Positions 1 through 9,188 of a DNA stretch of 64,000 nucleotides are shown piece after piece; within the stretch, counting starts at the first letter, position 1, and each line of letters begins with the position of its first letter. The position numbers were made by a program, and so were the translations under genes. Location: IMG/VR virus record IMGVR_UViG_3300044709_000179, positions 1 to 64,000 of that record; one strand, written 5' to 3'. This DNA is from a virus (lineage: Duplodnaviria; Caudoviricetes). Below the pieces are notes generated by a model. The model made no database searches and was not told the DNA's origin. It saw only the letters and a program-made list of their open reading frames with translations.

Positions 1-1
1 A

Positions 2-166
2 GGGTTCGTCTGTACCCATGAATTGGAGAACGGCAGCGGCCAATGCGGCGGCAACGTGTTCGACCCCGACGACGCGATCGGCGACCATTGCTGCGCGCTC
101 ACCTCGGAGCAGGTGGAGGCGCGGCTGGCCGAGATCGCCGCGCTGCCCGCGAAGGAGGGGTCATGA
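2..166 (+). CDS. Partial hypothetical protein (5' end outside window)
   Basis: Open frame 2 with GC3-rich codons ending TGA overlapping next ATG. Confidence 0.5.
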   Translation, partial: GFVCTHELENGSGQCGGNVFDPDDAIGDHCCALTSEQVEARLAEIAALPAKEGS

Positions 167-399
167 CCGACTGGCGCGCAACAAGGTTCGAACAGGCCAT
201 GCGCGATGGCGTCACGGCGGCCGGCTTCTACGCACACGCACAGCCCTCGGGGCAGGTGCTCGGCGCGATGCTCGACGGCCTGGAGGCCGCCGGCCTGCTG
301 CTGACCGACGCAAAGGTGGACGATCTCGCCGCTTCGGTGGCTCCGTATGGGGCTGACGCCTCGGATGCGGTTCGCACGTGGGCGGGGTGCTCGCGATGA
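163..399 (+). CDS. Hypothetical phage protein
   Basis: ATG after GGAGG RBS, ATGA overlap with neighbours. Confidence 0.65.
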   Translation: MTDWRATRFEQAMRDGVTAAGFYAHAQPSGQVLGAMLDGLEAAGLLLTDAKVDDLAASVAPYGADASDAVRTWAGCSR

Positions 400-581
400 C
401 CCTGCCACCTGACATCGAAGCCGAACTGGACGCCGCGCTGACCCCGCTGCGCGCCGAGGGCCTCACCGCCGAGCAGGCGGCCAAGCGGCTGCCGAAACAT
501 CTGCGCTCTGTGTTCTGGAGGCAGCACGTGAAACGCTGCCAGACGGACGAGCGGGCGAAGTCGGAAACGGAGGAGACGTGA
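396..581 (+). CDS. Hypothetical phage protein
   Basis: ATGA overlap, GC3 bias. Confidence 0.6.
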   Translation: MTLPPDIEAELDAALTPLRAEGLTAEQAAKRLPKHLRSVFWRQHVKRCQTDERAKSETEET

Positions 582-627
582 CGATGGACGAGGACCGCTT
601 CGAGCCGATCGATGACGAGGAGTACCG

Positions 628-885
628 GTGAACATCAGCCCCGAACATCTCGCGGCAATGTCCGACGACCGCTTGGCCGAGTGGGTGACCTTCCATGAGC
701 AGCGGGTCGAGAGGGAGTCCGCCACTGCGGGGCGTCTGCGCGACGAGGGTCCCGGAACGCGGTCTACGGACCGCCACGATGACCTGATCGCGTCCGCGCT
801 GAACTCGGTGCGCCTGTCGGAATCGGCGTTGGGACAGCTGCGTGGCGAGTTGGAACGGCGGATCGGCGCGGAGGTGAAGCCGTGA
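628..885 (+). CDS. Hypothetical phage protein
   Basis: GAGGAG RBS, coupled to next gene. Confidence 0.6.
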   Translation: MNISPEHLAAMSDDRLAEWVTFHEQRVERESATAGRLRDEGPGTRSTDRHDDLIASALNSVRLSESALGQLRGELERRIGAEVKP

Positions 886-1070
886 AGGTCACGGTGACCC
901 TGCGGGACGGCAGGACCACCTCCGACGACTCGCCACTGGTCCGCATGCTGGTTCCCGGCCTCGTGGACGCGGTGACCGGGGGCGGCACGCAAGAAATCCG
1001 GTTCATGATGGGTTCGCCGACCGCGGACTTCCGCGCGCCGGACGTGGTGCGGCTGGAGATCGAACGGTGA
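882..1070 (+). CDS. Hypothetical phage protein
   Basis: GTGA overlaps on both sides. Confidence 0.6.
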   Translation: MKVTVTLRDGRTTSDDSPLVRMLVPGLVDAVTGGGTQEIRFMMGSPTADFRAPDVVRLEIER

Positions 1071-1444
1071 CCGGTCCCTGCCCGAATGCCGCCGCTCACC
1101 AGTGGCACCCGTCCAGCTATGTCGCCCACTCCTGGTGGGCCGACTGCGCCTTGCTCATCGCCACGCAGGAGAAGTGCCCCGGCTGCGGCGGCTGGGAGAT
1201 CTGGGTGCCGAGGCGCGCCGACCTGCGCATCGCCGTCAACTGGCCGCCGCCGGACTGCGACTGGGGCGGGTGCGACGAGGAGGGGGTGGCGGAGCGGCTG
1301 TGGGAGGGCCGGTGGCTGCCGGTGTGCGTGCTGCACATCGACCTGGAGCCGGACGAGTTGAGCCCGCTGTCGGACATGCTGCGGGCGATCCAGGAGAAGG
1401 TGGCGGCGAGGGCTGCCGCCGAGAAGGACAGGAAGTGTTGTTGA
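1067..1444 (+). CDS. Cys-rich putative Zn-binding protein
   Basis: CPGC, CxxxxC, CxxH motifs; coupled. Confidence 0.6.
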   Translation: MTGPCPNAAAHQWHPSSYVAHSWWADCALLIATQEKCPGCGGWEIWVPRRADLRIAVNWPPPDCDWGGCDEEGVAERLWEGRWLPVCVLHIDLEPDELSPLSDMLRAIQEKVAARAAAEKDRKCC

Positions 1445-1728
1445 TGACCGTCATCCGCACCGCGAACATCACCGCAACAGGCGGCCGACTCGTCGCCATC
1501 CTGCACCTGCACGCCGGCACCTCCGAGGCCGACGTGGAGGCGCTCGTTGGGCACGTGCACCACCACCTGGAGATAAACGGGGTCGACGCGAGCGTGGCCG
1601 CACAACTCGCCGACCGGGTGCTGGACGTGGAGGTGACGCACCCGTCGGAGAGTCCGTTGCACGCGCTGCACTGGCTCGCCGACCAGTTGGCGTGGGCGAT
1701 GGCGACCGCGCCGGAGGTAGCGAAGTGA
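1444..1728 (+). CDS. Hypothetical phage protein
   Basis: TGATG overlap. Confidence 0.6.
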   Translation: MTVIRTANITATGGRLVAILHLHAGTSEADVEALVGHVHHHLEINGVDASVAAQLADRVLDVEVTHPSESPLHALHWLADQLAWAMATAPEVAK

Positions 1729-1886
1729 GCGAGCACTTCGTCCGCCTCCGCGAAACCGCCTCGGGCTGGTGGGTCGCGTGGTGCGAGTGCGGCAAGTACC
1801 GGTCGAAGAGGCCGCACGGCTACATCGGCAACGCACAGCGGGCAGCCGAGGAGCACGTCAAGGCGAAGGGCGGGACCGTCCGATGA
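1725..1886 (+). CDS. Small Zn-ribbon-like protein
   Basis: WCECG...H motif; GTGA overlap. Confidence 0.55.
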   Translation: MSEHFVRLRETASGWWVAWCECGKYRSKRPHGYIGNAQRAAEEHVKAKGGTVR

Positions 1887-2119
1887 CCCCGCGCGAATAC
1901 GCCGCTCGCATGCGGGCACTCAAGTGGTGGACCTTGGTCTACGTATCGTGGTTCGGTGGGACCTTCGGTATGGCCCTCTGGCTGTTCCGCGACTCGACGC
2001 TCCCAACCATCGCGCAGATCGCCATCGGCGTCTCAGTGGCCGGCCTGGGGCTGGCGATCGCGAACACCGTGGAGCGTCGAATCATCCGGTCGTCCGCCAA
2101 GCGACAGGCGCAGCCGTGA
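1883..2119 (+). CDS. Small 2-TM membrane protein
   Basis: Two hydrophobic segments; ATGA overlap. Confidence 0.6.
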   Translation: MTPREYAARMRALKWWTLVYVSWFGGTFGMALWLFRDSTLPTIAQIAIGVSVAGLGLAIANTVERRIIRSSAKRQAQP

Positions 2120-2304
2120 CTAAGCCGTACACCGAGGCCGACGTGAAGGCGATTACCCTGCACACGTTTGGCCGCTCCATCGCAATGGGCGCCAACGTGA
2201 ACGACTGCCGCGAGCGGGTGGTCAAGATTCTGGACTGGCTGACGGACGCCGGTCGACTGCGGTCCGAGGCGGAGCGCGACGAGTTTCGGAAGGTGGGTGG
2301 GTGA
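2116..2304 (+). CDS. Hypothetical phage protein
   Basis: GTGA overlap. Confidence 0.55.
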   Translation: MTKPYTEADVKAITLHTFGRSIAMGANVNDCRERVVKILDWLTDAGRLRSEAERDEFRKVGG

Positions 2305-2992
2305 GGTGGCCGCACTCGGGCATTACTTGCGCTGGACGAATAGCCGCGGTGCCGTCTCGGGTCCGGTTTGGGTGCGACTCGCGGCCGTCTGCTTCTGGGT
2401 GCCCAACACGCTCGTGGCGGGCACAGCCGCGGTCTGGACGCGGTCCGACATGTCTCGGGTGCTGAACACCTGCGCATGCGTGGTCAGTGCGCTGTTTCTC
2501 GTTCGGGCTGTCCGGATCCTGCGATCGCGGCTGGCGAACCGGCCCTACGTCGCGTTGACCCGGGACCTCAAGGCTGCGATTCGGTCGATGCCGTCCGGGC
2601 CGGTGGTCAACTCCGACGCGGGGGTTTTCCTCATCTACGAGTGCCAGCGTCTCGCCTGGTGGTACCCGGTCCGCTGCGACTCGGTGATCCGACTACAGGG
2701 GGACGACGTCGCCGACATTCGCGACTGGCGCCCCTCGGCGGTGGTGATGGAGGTGTTCACCGCCCGTCGCGACGGAACGCCGATCATGCGCCGGGTCGAC
2801 GGGATGCAGTTGCAGGCGGACGAGGACGGCACGTTGACCGAACTGAACACGGTGCCCGCCAAGTTCGCGATCGGTTCCACGATGCGTTCGCTCAGTTCCG
2901 GCCTGCACGACTTGAGCGCCGAGGAACTCGCTGAGTTGCGCGAGCAGATCGCCGGGGCGCGGACGGTTGGGGCCGACGACTCTGGGGCCTAG
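2297..2992 (+). CDS. Membrane-anchored hypothetical protein
   Basis: 231 aa ORF, N-terminal hydrophobic helices. Confidence 0.6.
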   Translation: MGEVAALGHYLRWTNSRGAVSGPVWVRLAAVCFWVPNTLVAGTAAVWTRSDMSRVLNTCACVVSALFLVRAVRILRSRLANRPYVALTRDLKAAIRSMPSGPVVNSDAGVFLIYECQRLAWWYPVRCDSVIRLQGDDVADIRDWRPSAVVMEVFTARRDGTPIMRRVDGMQLQADEDGTLTELNTVPAKFAIGSTMRSLSSGLHDLSAEELAELREQIAGARTVGADDSGA

Positions 2993-3061
2993 CGCCGCTT
3001 CGTGGTCGCCGGGATGGGTGTGACGTGTCGCGGCTCGGGCGAGTGACCGCGCCCCTACCGC

Positions 3062-3097
3062 TTGACGCTGTACCACGTCACGCTGTACGTTAGGTGC
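3062..3097 (+). promoter_or_regulatory. Sigma-70-type leaderless promoter with ACGCTGTAC direct repeat operator
   Basis: TTGACG-18nt-TACGTT-6nt-ATG; ACGCTGTAC at 3065 and 3080. Confidence 0.65.
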
Positions 3098-3373
3098 ATG
3101 ACCGAGACGCGCACCTACCAGGCTGGCGACGAGATCGACATCAACGGCACCACGATCGTCCTGTGCCGCCGCAAGGGCAACACCGGCATCCGCTGGTCCT
3201 GGATGGCGCCCGCGCTCGACTCCGGCAGCGAGGCGTACCAGACGACGCCGGAAGCCGCCATCGAGAACGCGCGCCAAGCCCTCGCAACACGCTGCGCCTG
3301 CGGCGCCGTCGCCACCATGACCGCCGCGACGGTGCGCACCTGCGGCAACTGCTACGACCGCCACGCCGACTGA
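3098..3373 (+). CDS. Hypothetical protein with C-terminal Zn finger
   Basis: CACG...CGNC; leaderless start. Confidence 0.65.
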   Translation: MTETRTYQAGDEIDINGTTIVLCRRKGNTGIRWSWMAPALDSGSEAYQTTPEAAIENARQALATRCACGAVATMTAATVRTCGNCYDRHAD

Positions 3374-3381
3374 GGAGCCCA

Positions 3382-3573
3382 ATGCCCGCCTGCATCGGCG
3401 ACTGCGCCGTCCACAACCGCCCGTGCGATCTCGACGCCGACCACCCAGACGACCACGAGTGCCCGCAGTGCCCCAGCTTCCTGACCCGGCAGCGTAAGGC
3501 GCAGATCGCCGAACGGGTCGCCGCGCACCGAACCTACGTCGAACTCATCGAGACAACCCCGGACGTGGACTGA
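3382..3573 (+). CDS. Small Cys/His-rich protein
   Basis: GAGGAG RBS; C-x-L-x3-H-x3-H motif. Confidence 0.6.
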   Translation: MPACIGDCAVHNRPCDLDADHPDDHECPQCPSFLTRQRKAQIAERVAAHRTYVELIETTPDVD

Positions 3574-4118
3574 TGATCGTAGACATGCGCCTCGGTGGCG
3601 AGCCCGTCAAGGTGGACCTGGACCGGCTCACCCCGACCGCTCGCACGCTGGCCGAAGCCATCGCCGCGCACCCCGCCCGGGTCGCCGGTGACATCTGGAT
3701 GGAGGCCGACCTCCCGCTCCGGGAGACACTGCCGGACTGGGATCTGTGGTACACGCCGGAAGAGGCGGAGCGTCCGGAACGTCGTCCGTGGCGCGGCTGG
3801 TCGGCCGAACCGCTCAACGGGAAAGACCCGCACGACCGACTGGAGTACGAGGCGCGCAAGGTCCCGCCCGGCTGGCACGTCCTTGGCGCGCACCCCGACC
3901 GTCCCGTCCCGTCATCCGGGCCAATCCGGGAGGCGACCACCGAGCAGGTGCTGGCGTACCTGCGCCAGCACGGACGCGGCATCACCGCCGCCACCTGGCG
4001 GTCCTATGTGGGCCGCAACCAGGCGCCGCAGCCGAGCCGACACGTCGGCCGCACGCCGCTGTTCGACCTGGACGAGGTCGCCCGCTGGCACACCCGGACC
4101 AACACGAACGAGGAGTAG
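3573..4118 (+). CDS. Protein with C-terminal AlpA/excisionase-like HTH
   Basis: TTEQVLAYL...TWRSYV..QAPQP...GRTPLFDLDEVARW. Confidence 0.7.
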   Translation: MIVDMRLGGEPVKVDLDRLTPTARTLAEAIAAHPARVAGDIWMEADLPLRETLPDWDLWYTPEEAERPERRPWRGWSAEPLNGKDPHDRLEYEARKVPPGWHVLGAHPDRPVPSSGPIREATTEQVLAYLRQHGRGITAATWRSYVGRNQAPQPSRHVGRTPLFDLDEVARWHTRTNTNEE

Positions 4119-4120
4119 TC

Positions 4121-4426
4121 ATGAACGACGTAACCGTGGTCGTAGACCTCGAAGCCTTGCCGCCGCTCAGCCCCGGCACCCGCGCGGCCATCGCCAACCT
4201 CGTCGACTACGCGATCGAACGCGCCCGAGGCGAGAACGTGGACGCTGAGATCGGCGGAGCCACCGTCATCGCCACCGCCGGGCTGAGGCTCGACCTGCGG
4301 GCGCAGTACCTGGAGGCGGGCTACGCCAACGCCGGGGTCTCTCTCGGCGAGTACGTCGCAGCGGCAATGCGGGCGGTCGTCGAGGACGGGGTGCGTGCGC
4401 GGACCGGACAGGTGGCGCCGGAGTGA
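4121..4426 (+). CDS. Hypothetical phage protein
   Basis: GAGGAG RBS. Confidence 0.6.
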   Translation: MNDVTVVVDLEALPPLSPGTRAAIANLVDYAIERARGENVDAEIGGATVIATAGLRLDLRAQYLEAGYANAGVSLGEYVAAAMRAVVEDGVRARTGQVAPE

Positions 4427-4704
4427 GCCCGGCTGTGGTCCCTCGAATGCCCGATGCGGTGGCCGGCCCCGGCGCGCATGGTCAGACGATGGCCGACGAC
4501 TGGGCTCCGGGGTGGGCGTTCGAACTCACCACGGCCGCCGGCGAGACGGTGGGGCCGGTGCGCTCAGAGCTTCTCTACGTGCACCGGGTGGCCCGGGAGT
4601 CCGTCGCCATGACCGGAGGCGTGTGCGTCGTCCTGCGGGGCGTTGAGGGCGACTGGCGGGCCATCGCCACGTACACCGACGGCGGCCCTGGACGCGCGGC
4701 CTAG
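4423..4704 (+). CDS. Hypothetical phage protein
   Basis: GTGA overlap. Confidence 0.55.
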   Translation: MSPAVVPRMPDAVAGPGAHGQTMADDWAPGWAFELTTAAGETVGPVRSELLYVHRVARESVAMTGGVCVVLRGVEGDWRAIATYTDGGPGRAA

Positions 4705-4937
4705 CGCACGATCAGCCGCTGCGGCGGTAGTACGAGATGGCGCCACGAATCCACCGAGGCCGGGTCGTCGGCGGCCAGAATCCATGCCTCAGGACGGTCG
4801 TAGGCGTCGCGGCGGTCGGTGCGCAGTAGCCAGTCGCCGCGACTGGCCGTAGCGGCGACCATCTCGGTCTCGGAGTCCGCTGTGCCCAGGTAAACGCCGA
4901 TGGTTATGCCGTCGCGGGTTTCGCTGGGGGTGACCAT
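4701..4937 (-). CDS. Small hypothetical protein downstream of repressor
   Basis: Co-oriented with repressor, GC3 bias. Confidence 0.55.
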   Translation of the reverse strand: MVTPSETRDGITIGVYLGTADSETEMVAATASRGDWLLRTDRRDAYDRPEAWILAADDPASVDSWRHLVLPPQRLIVR

Positions 4938-4955
4938 GCGTTCAGCATCGCAGGT

Positions 4956-5579
4956 CTAGCCGAACCGCCGCTTGACCTCCCCGGCCAGCCGCTCCTCGTA
5001 CGGGGCGATGATGTGCTCGACAAGCGTGGTCACCCGTACCCGCTCCTCGTCGGTGAGCGGCGAATCGTCGCCCACCGCGGCGTCGACCAGCAGGGCGAGC
5101 GTGGCCAGTCGGCGGCCTTCCAGTCCGGCGATCGGGTCGGCCGCCGCCAGCAAGTCCGTCTCGGCCACGTTGAGCAGCGGGGCGAGCCGGCGCAGCACGT
5201 CGGGGCGCGGGTTGGGCTCGTAGATGGCGCGGTGGACGGCCTTCGGGTCCAGGTCGGCGGCCTCGGCGAGGGTGCTCGGGGTGAGGTTGGCGTCGCGGAT
5301 GAGGCGCAGCAGGTGGAAGCCGAACTCGGTGGGTTGGCGACGGTGCTGCTCGGGGACGGGTATGCCGTTGAGGATGGCGTCTACGGTGCCGGGGGGCCAC
5401 TGGAGGGCGCGTTCTAGGCGGACGAGCAGCGACGCACGGTAACTCGTGCGCTGGCCGCGCTCGATGTCGCCGAGAGTCCGCGAGCCCAGATCATTCGCCT
5501 CGGCGAAACTGTCGCGACTGTCGTGGCCCAACTCGACTCGGCGCGCGACAACGGCACGTGCGAGCGCTGGCCAGTCCAC
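4956..5579 (-). CDS. Immunity repressor with two tandem XRE-type HTH domains
   Basis: RRVELG.SRDSFAE...TLGDIERG..RLERALQWPPG and second HTH LTPSTLAEAADLDPKAV..RRLAPLLNV; divergent from Cro. Confidence 0.8.
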   Translation of the reverse strand: MDWPALARAVVARRVELGHDSRDSFAEANDLGSRTLGDIERGQRTSYRASLLVRLERALQWPPGTVDAILNGIPVPEQHRRQPTEFGFHLLRLIRDANLTPSTLAEAADLDPKAVHRAIYEPNPRPDVLRRLAPLLNVAETDLLAAADPIAGLEGRRLATLALLVDAAVGDDSPLTDEERVRVTTLVEHIIAPYEERLAGEVKRRFG

Positions 5580-5674
5580 GACGCCATCTTGCCACTTTCT
5601 GCCTGTAGTTGCGTACCCACATCTATGCGGCGTGTCAGTTGCCTATCTGCCGGTTTCTGCCTAGACTTGCACGT
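5580..5674. promoter_or_regulatory. Divergent repressor/Cro promoter-operator region
   Basis: TTTCTGCCT twice, several TTGCC; TAGACT -10 before Cro ATG. Confidence 0.6.
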
Positions 5675-5923
5675 ATGCGCCAGCAACGAATTACCGTGAA
5701 CGGGGGCGCGATTCGCGCTCTACGCGACGCCCTGGGCTGGAACCTCGTGCAGTTCTCCGAGGCGGTCGGCGTCCACAACAGCTACATGAGCCGCGTCGAG
5801 AACGGGCTGCGGCAGCCCTCGTTCGAGGTGCGCCGGCGCATCGCCGCAACTCTCGGCGTGCCAGTCGGCGTCATCACCCGCGAGGTGATCCCGGAGTCGA
5901 CCGAACTGCCGCAAGCAGCCTGA
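5675..5923 (+). CDS. Cro-like XRE HTH regulator
   Basis: IRALRDALGW..QFSEAVGV..SYMSRVENG.RQPS. Confidence 0.85.
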   Translation: MRQQRITVNGGAIRALRDALGWNLVQFSEAVGVHNSYMSRVENGLRQPSFEVRRRIAATLGVPVGVITREVIPESTELPQAA

Positions 5924-6000
5924 CCCCCTGAACGCATCAGGCCCGGCGCGACTGTCCCACCGCCACCGGGCCTCTGATCGGACCAGGAGGTCCAACCGCA

Positions 6001-6081
6001 ATGCTCCATGTCCATGGTAGGGCGAACCGGCGCAAGAACGCGAGATGCTTCGGCATCCTTCCGTCCCGGGGTGCACAGTGA
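6001..6081 (+). CDS. Putative 26-aa leader peptide translationally coupled to replication initiator
   Basis: AGGAGG RBS at 5985; TGA 6079-6081 overlaps GTG 6078. Confidence 0.45.
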   Translation: MLHVHGRANRRKNARCFGILPSRGAQ

Positions 6082-7130
6082 CGGCCCCCGAAGTCGTCCG
6101 CATCGGACGATTTGAGTGGGAGCGACTCATGCTCGCCTCGGACCTGCCCTTCGCCACAAAGGGCATCCTGCTGACGCTCGGTACCTTCATGAGCCCCGAT
6201 GGTGCCGACTGTCGACCAGGGCGCGAGAACCTGATGCAGATCACCGAACGAGGCAAGACGACGCTCTACACGTCGATCAAGTCGGCCATCGATGCCGGCT
6301 ACCTGACCGAGGTCGAGCGAGGCGGATTCCGCAAGGTCGGAAACCGTGCGTCCGAGTATGCAGCCGTCGTCCCGAAGGTCATCTTCAACCACCGCGCGGA
6401 GATCATCGCTGCGATGTTCAGCCGCCGACGGGACGCACGAACGTTCAGTGAGCTGAACCTTGGTGACGCCGAACCAGCGGACGAAGGTTCAGCCGACCGA
6501 ACGTTGGTGAATCACGAAGGTTCAACCAGCCGAACGTTCGTCAGTCACGAAGGTTCAGTTTCGGCGCACGAAGGTTCAGTTTTGAGCCACGAAGGTTCAG
6601 CCCACCGAACCCCACCAAACACCTACACCAACCACCCCCACCAACGGCGCATGATCCACGCGAAAACGTCACCGTCTCGATCAACCCAGGGGGAGGGGGT
6701 CGATCGGAGCCAAAACCAGGACGCCGACGAGGCGTACGTAGCCGAGATCCTTAAGCACCGACCGGACTGGTCATCCCGGCGAATCTTTGAGGCCGTACAA
6801 CGCGCGGTCAAAGACGGCCGGGATGAAGCCCAGGCACGACGGGCGCTGGCATCCCTGGCAATGGGCAAGTACGGCGAGACGCAGGTTCCCGGCAGGCTCC
6901 TTGGCGACGGGCCCTGGTGGATGGATGCGGCCTCCCCACCGCGCGCCGTGGCCGACGATCGCTGCCCACGGCACCCCAACCGGCGCGCCGCCACATGCGG
7001 ACTATGTCTGCGCGAAAAGCCTGAGTGTCCGCATGGACAGGCTGGCGGTGCCGAACTTGCGCCGACGACGGACCTGCCCCGGTGCCCGTTCTGCCGTCGC
7101 GCCGCGCTGCGCTTGGTGGAGGCGGCATGA
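6078..7130 (+). CDS. Replication initiator (lambda O-like, N-terminal wHTH, internal iterons)
   Basis: N-terminal HTH, internal DNA repeats, followed by DnaB. Confidence 0.75.
   Translation: MTAPEVVRIGRFEWERLMLASDLPFATKGILLTLGTFMSPDGADCRPGRENLMQITERGKTTLYTSIKSAIDAGYLTEVERGGFRKVGNRASEYAAVVPKVIFNHRAEIIAAMFSRRRDARTFSELNLGDAEPADEGSADRTLVNHEGSTSRTFVSHEGSVSAHEGSVLSHEGSAHRTPPNTYTNHPHQRRMIHAKTSPSRSTQGEGVDRSQNQDADEAYVAEILKHRPDWSSRRIFEAVQRAVKDGRDEAQARRALASLAMGKYGETQVPGRLLGDGPWWMDAASPPRAVADDRCPRHPNRRAATCGLCLREKPECPHGQAGGAELAPTTDLPRCPFCRRAALRLVEAA
6437..6599 (+). repeat. Iterons ACGAAGGTTCA x5 (+1 degenerate direct, +1 degenerate inverted): probable origin
   Basis: Exact copies at 6481, 6514, 6547, 6568, 6589. 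Confidence 0.85.
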
Positions 7131-8479
7131 GCGAGCCTGCGGCGGTTCGCCCAACCGTCGACCCGGTTGCCGAACAGGTCGTGCTCAGCGGCATGCTGCT
7201 GTCAGACGCGGTCGCCGACCAGGTCTCTGGGACGCTCACCGCCGACGACTTTGCCGGTCCGGCCAACGCTGAGATCTTCGCCGCCATCGTGCGCGCACTG
7301 ATGCTCGGCGAGCCCACCAGCGTCGAAGGGATCGGCTCTGCGCTGCATGCAACTGGACGACTCGCCACCGGGCCGGTCGCCGAAGCTGGCGGCGGCGCTT
7401 ACCTAGAGTCTCTGGCGACCAGGGCGGACATTCCGACCGACGCGGTGTGGAGCGCGCAGAAGGTCCGTGAGTACGCCCAGTTGCGCCGGATGGACGCCGC
7501 ACTGGTCCGCGCGCATCTCGCTGTACGCACCCCCGGCGCGAGCGTTGCCGACGTTGCGGAGCAGGTTCAGCGGGCCGTCGTGGACGCCACGGCCGATTCA
7601 ACCGCCGACGACGGCCTGAAGCCAGCATCCGATGTGGTCTGGGATGTCATCGAGCGCATCGAGAATGTCGCGCTGGGGAAGACCCCGTCCGGCCTGACTT
7701 CCGGCCTCGGCTCGCTCGACGAGGTCACAGGCAAGTGGCAGCGAGGGCAACTGATTGTGCCGGCCGGCCGACCCGGCATGGGCAAGACGGTCGCAGCAAT
7801 GGGGTTCGTCAAGGCGTGTGTTCGAGCCGGACTGCCGGCGTTGTTCTTCTCGACGGAGATGCTGGCCGGGGAACTGCACATGCGGCTGCTTGCCGACGTC
7901 GGGAGCATCAACCACGAGAAGCTTCGCCGCGGGCTTATCGACGACGAGGACCGGGCGAGGCTCGGCGCCGCCGCGACCCTCATCGCGCAGTGGCCGCTGT
8001 ACGTCACGCACTCGGTGCACGACACGGCCACCATTCGTGCCGCATCGCGTCGGTTCCGCCAGCAGCACGGCGATCTCGGCATGGTGGCCGTGGACTACGT
8101 GCAGCGGCTGCGACCGACCCAAAAGTTCGACCGGAACGACCTGGAGATCGGGCAGCACGCCCGCGACCTGAAGTGGCTAGCCGTCGACCTTGAGACGGTC
8201 GTGGTCGCGGTGTGCCAGTTGAACCGCAACACCGAAGGCCGCTCCGACAAGCGGCCGGCCTTGTCCGACCTGCGCGGCTCCGGCGAACTGGAGCAGGAGG
8301 CTGACTTGGTGATCCTGCTGCACCGTGAAGACGCCTACGACCCCGAGTCACCGAAGGCGGGCGAGGCCGAGTTCATCGTGGCCAAGAACCGCGCTGGCCG
8401 CTGCGAGACGGTGGACGTGGCAGCCCAACTCCATCTGTGCCGTTTCTCCGACATGGGAATCGACGACCCTACCTCCTGA
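7127..8479 (+). CDS. dnaB: Replicative DNA helicase DnaB-like
   Basis: GRPGMGKT Walker A, FSTEM, VDYVQ, QLNR, DLRGSGELEQEAD, AKNRAG. Confidence 0.95.
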   Translation: MSEPAAVRPTVDPVAEQVVLSGMLLSDAVADQVSGTLTADDFAGPANAEIFAAIVRALMLGEPTSVEGIGSALHATGRLATGPVAEAGGGAYLESLATRADIPTDAVWSAQKVREYAQLRRMDAALVRAHLAVRTPGASVADVAEQVQRAVVDATADSTADDGLKPASDVVWDVIERIENVALGKTPSGLTSGLGSLDEVTGKWQRGQLIVPAGRPGMGKTVAAMGFVKACVRAGLPALFFSTEMLAGELHMRLLADVGSINHEKLRRGLIDDEDRARLGAAATLIAQWPLYVTHSVHDTATIRAASRRFRQQHGDLGMVAVDYVQRLRPTQKFDRNDLEIGQHARDLKWLAVDLETVVVAVCQLNRNTEGRSDKRPALSDLRGSGELEQEADLVILLHREDAYDPESPKAGEAEFIVAKNRAGRCETVDVAAQLHLCRFSDMGIDDPTS

Positions 8480-8489
8480 AGGACCCGCC

Positions 8490-8861
8490 ATGCCCTCGCT
8501 TTCGCCGCAGGCTCAGGCCATCTATGACCTGATCCACGCCAACCGCACTGGTACCAGCTTCATTGAGGTGACGACCGCGTTTCGACAGGCCGGATACAAC
8601 CCGGACGGCGGCCTCGCCATTGAGCACCCGGCCGTCGAACAGATGCTCATGTGGGGCGGCGTCAGCGACGACCTGTTGGCTGCGGTCAACGAACTGCTTG
8701 GCGCCCGCCTCATTCACTACACGCCGACGTCGGTACTTGTGTACCTCGCCGACGGCGGGATGATGCCCTACCCACTTGCCGAGCGGATGCCAAAGAACCG
8801 CAAGTTCGCGAAGCCGCACTGGATTCCGATGGTCCTCAACGACGGCCCAGCGCCCGCCTAA
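8490..8861 (+). CDS. Hypothetical phage protein
   Basis: GAAGGA RBS, GC3 bias. Confidence 0.65.
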   Translation: MPSLSPQAQAIYDLIHANRTGTSFIEVTTAFRQAGYNPDGGLAIEHPAVEQMLMWGGVSDDLLAAVNELLGARLIHYTPTSVLVYLADGGMMPYPLAERMPKNRKFAKPHWIPMVLNDGPAPA

Positions 8862-8882
8862 CTGCGACCCGAGGGGGAGATT

Positions 8883-9110
8883 ATGCCAATTCCGACGCCG
8901 CTTCCGCCCACCCCACCGTCCGACGCTCTGATCGAAGACCTCGCCCGCGGGCTGCACGCCGACTGGTACCGGGCGACCGTCAACGGCCAGGCCGACGACG
9001 CCGAGGTGAACGCGTTCTGGAACGACCCGCACCCGACGCCATCGTTTCCGGAGTCGGACCTGATGCGGCGCAGCTTCCGGAACAAGGCCCGCGCGCTGCT
9101 GTCCGCCTGA
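8883..9110 (+). CDS. Hypothetical phage protein
   Basis: GGGGAG RBS. Confidence 0.6.
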   Translation: MPIPTPLPPTPPSDALIEDLARGLHADWYRATVNGQADDAEVNAFWNDPHPTPSFPESDLMRRSFRNKARALLSA

Positions 9111-9188
9111 CCACCGCAACCGACCCACGAACCCGCTCTTTAACGCCACGCCAACCAGGCACCGACCACCGAGAGGAACCGACCCGCC

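Noticed and set aside
6481-6599. CRISPR array
   Set aside because: 11-bp repeats with 10-22 nt gaps inside a CDS, no cas genes; iterons fit better
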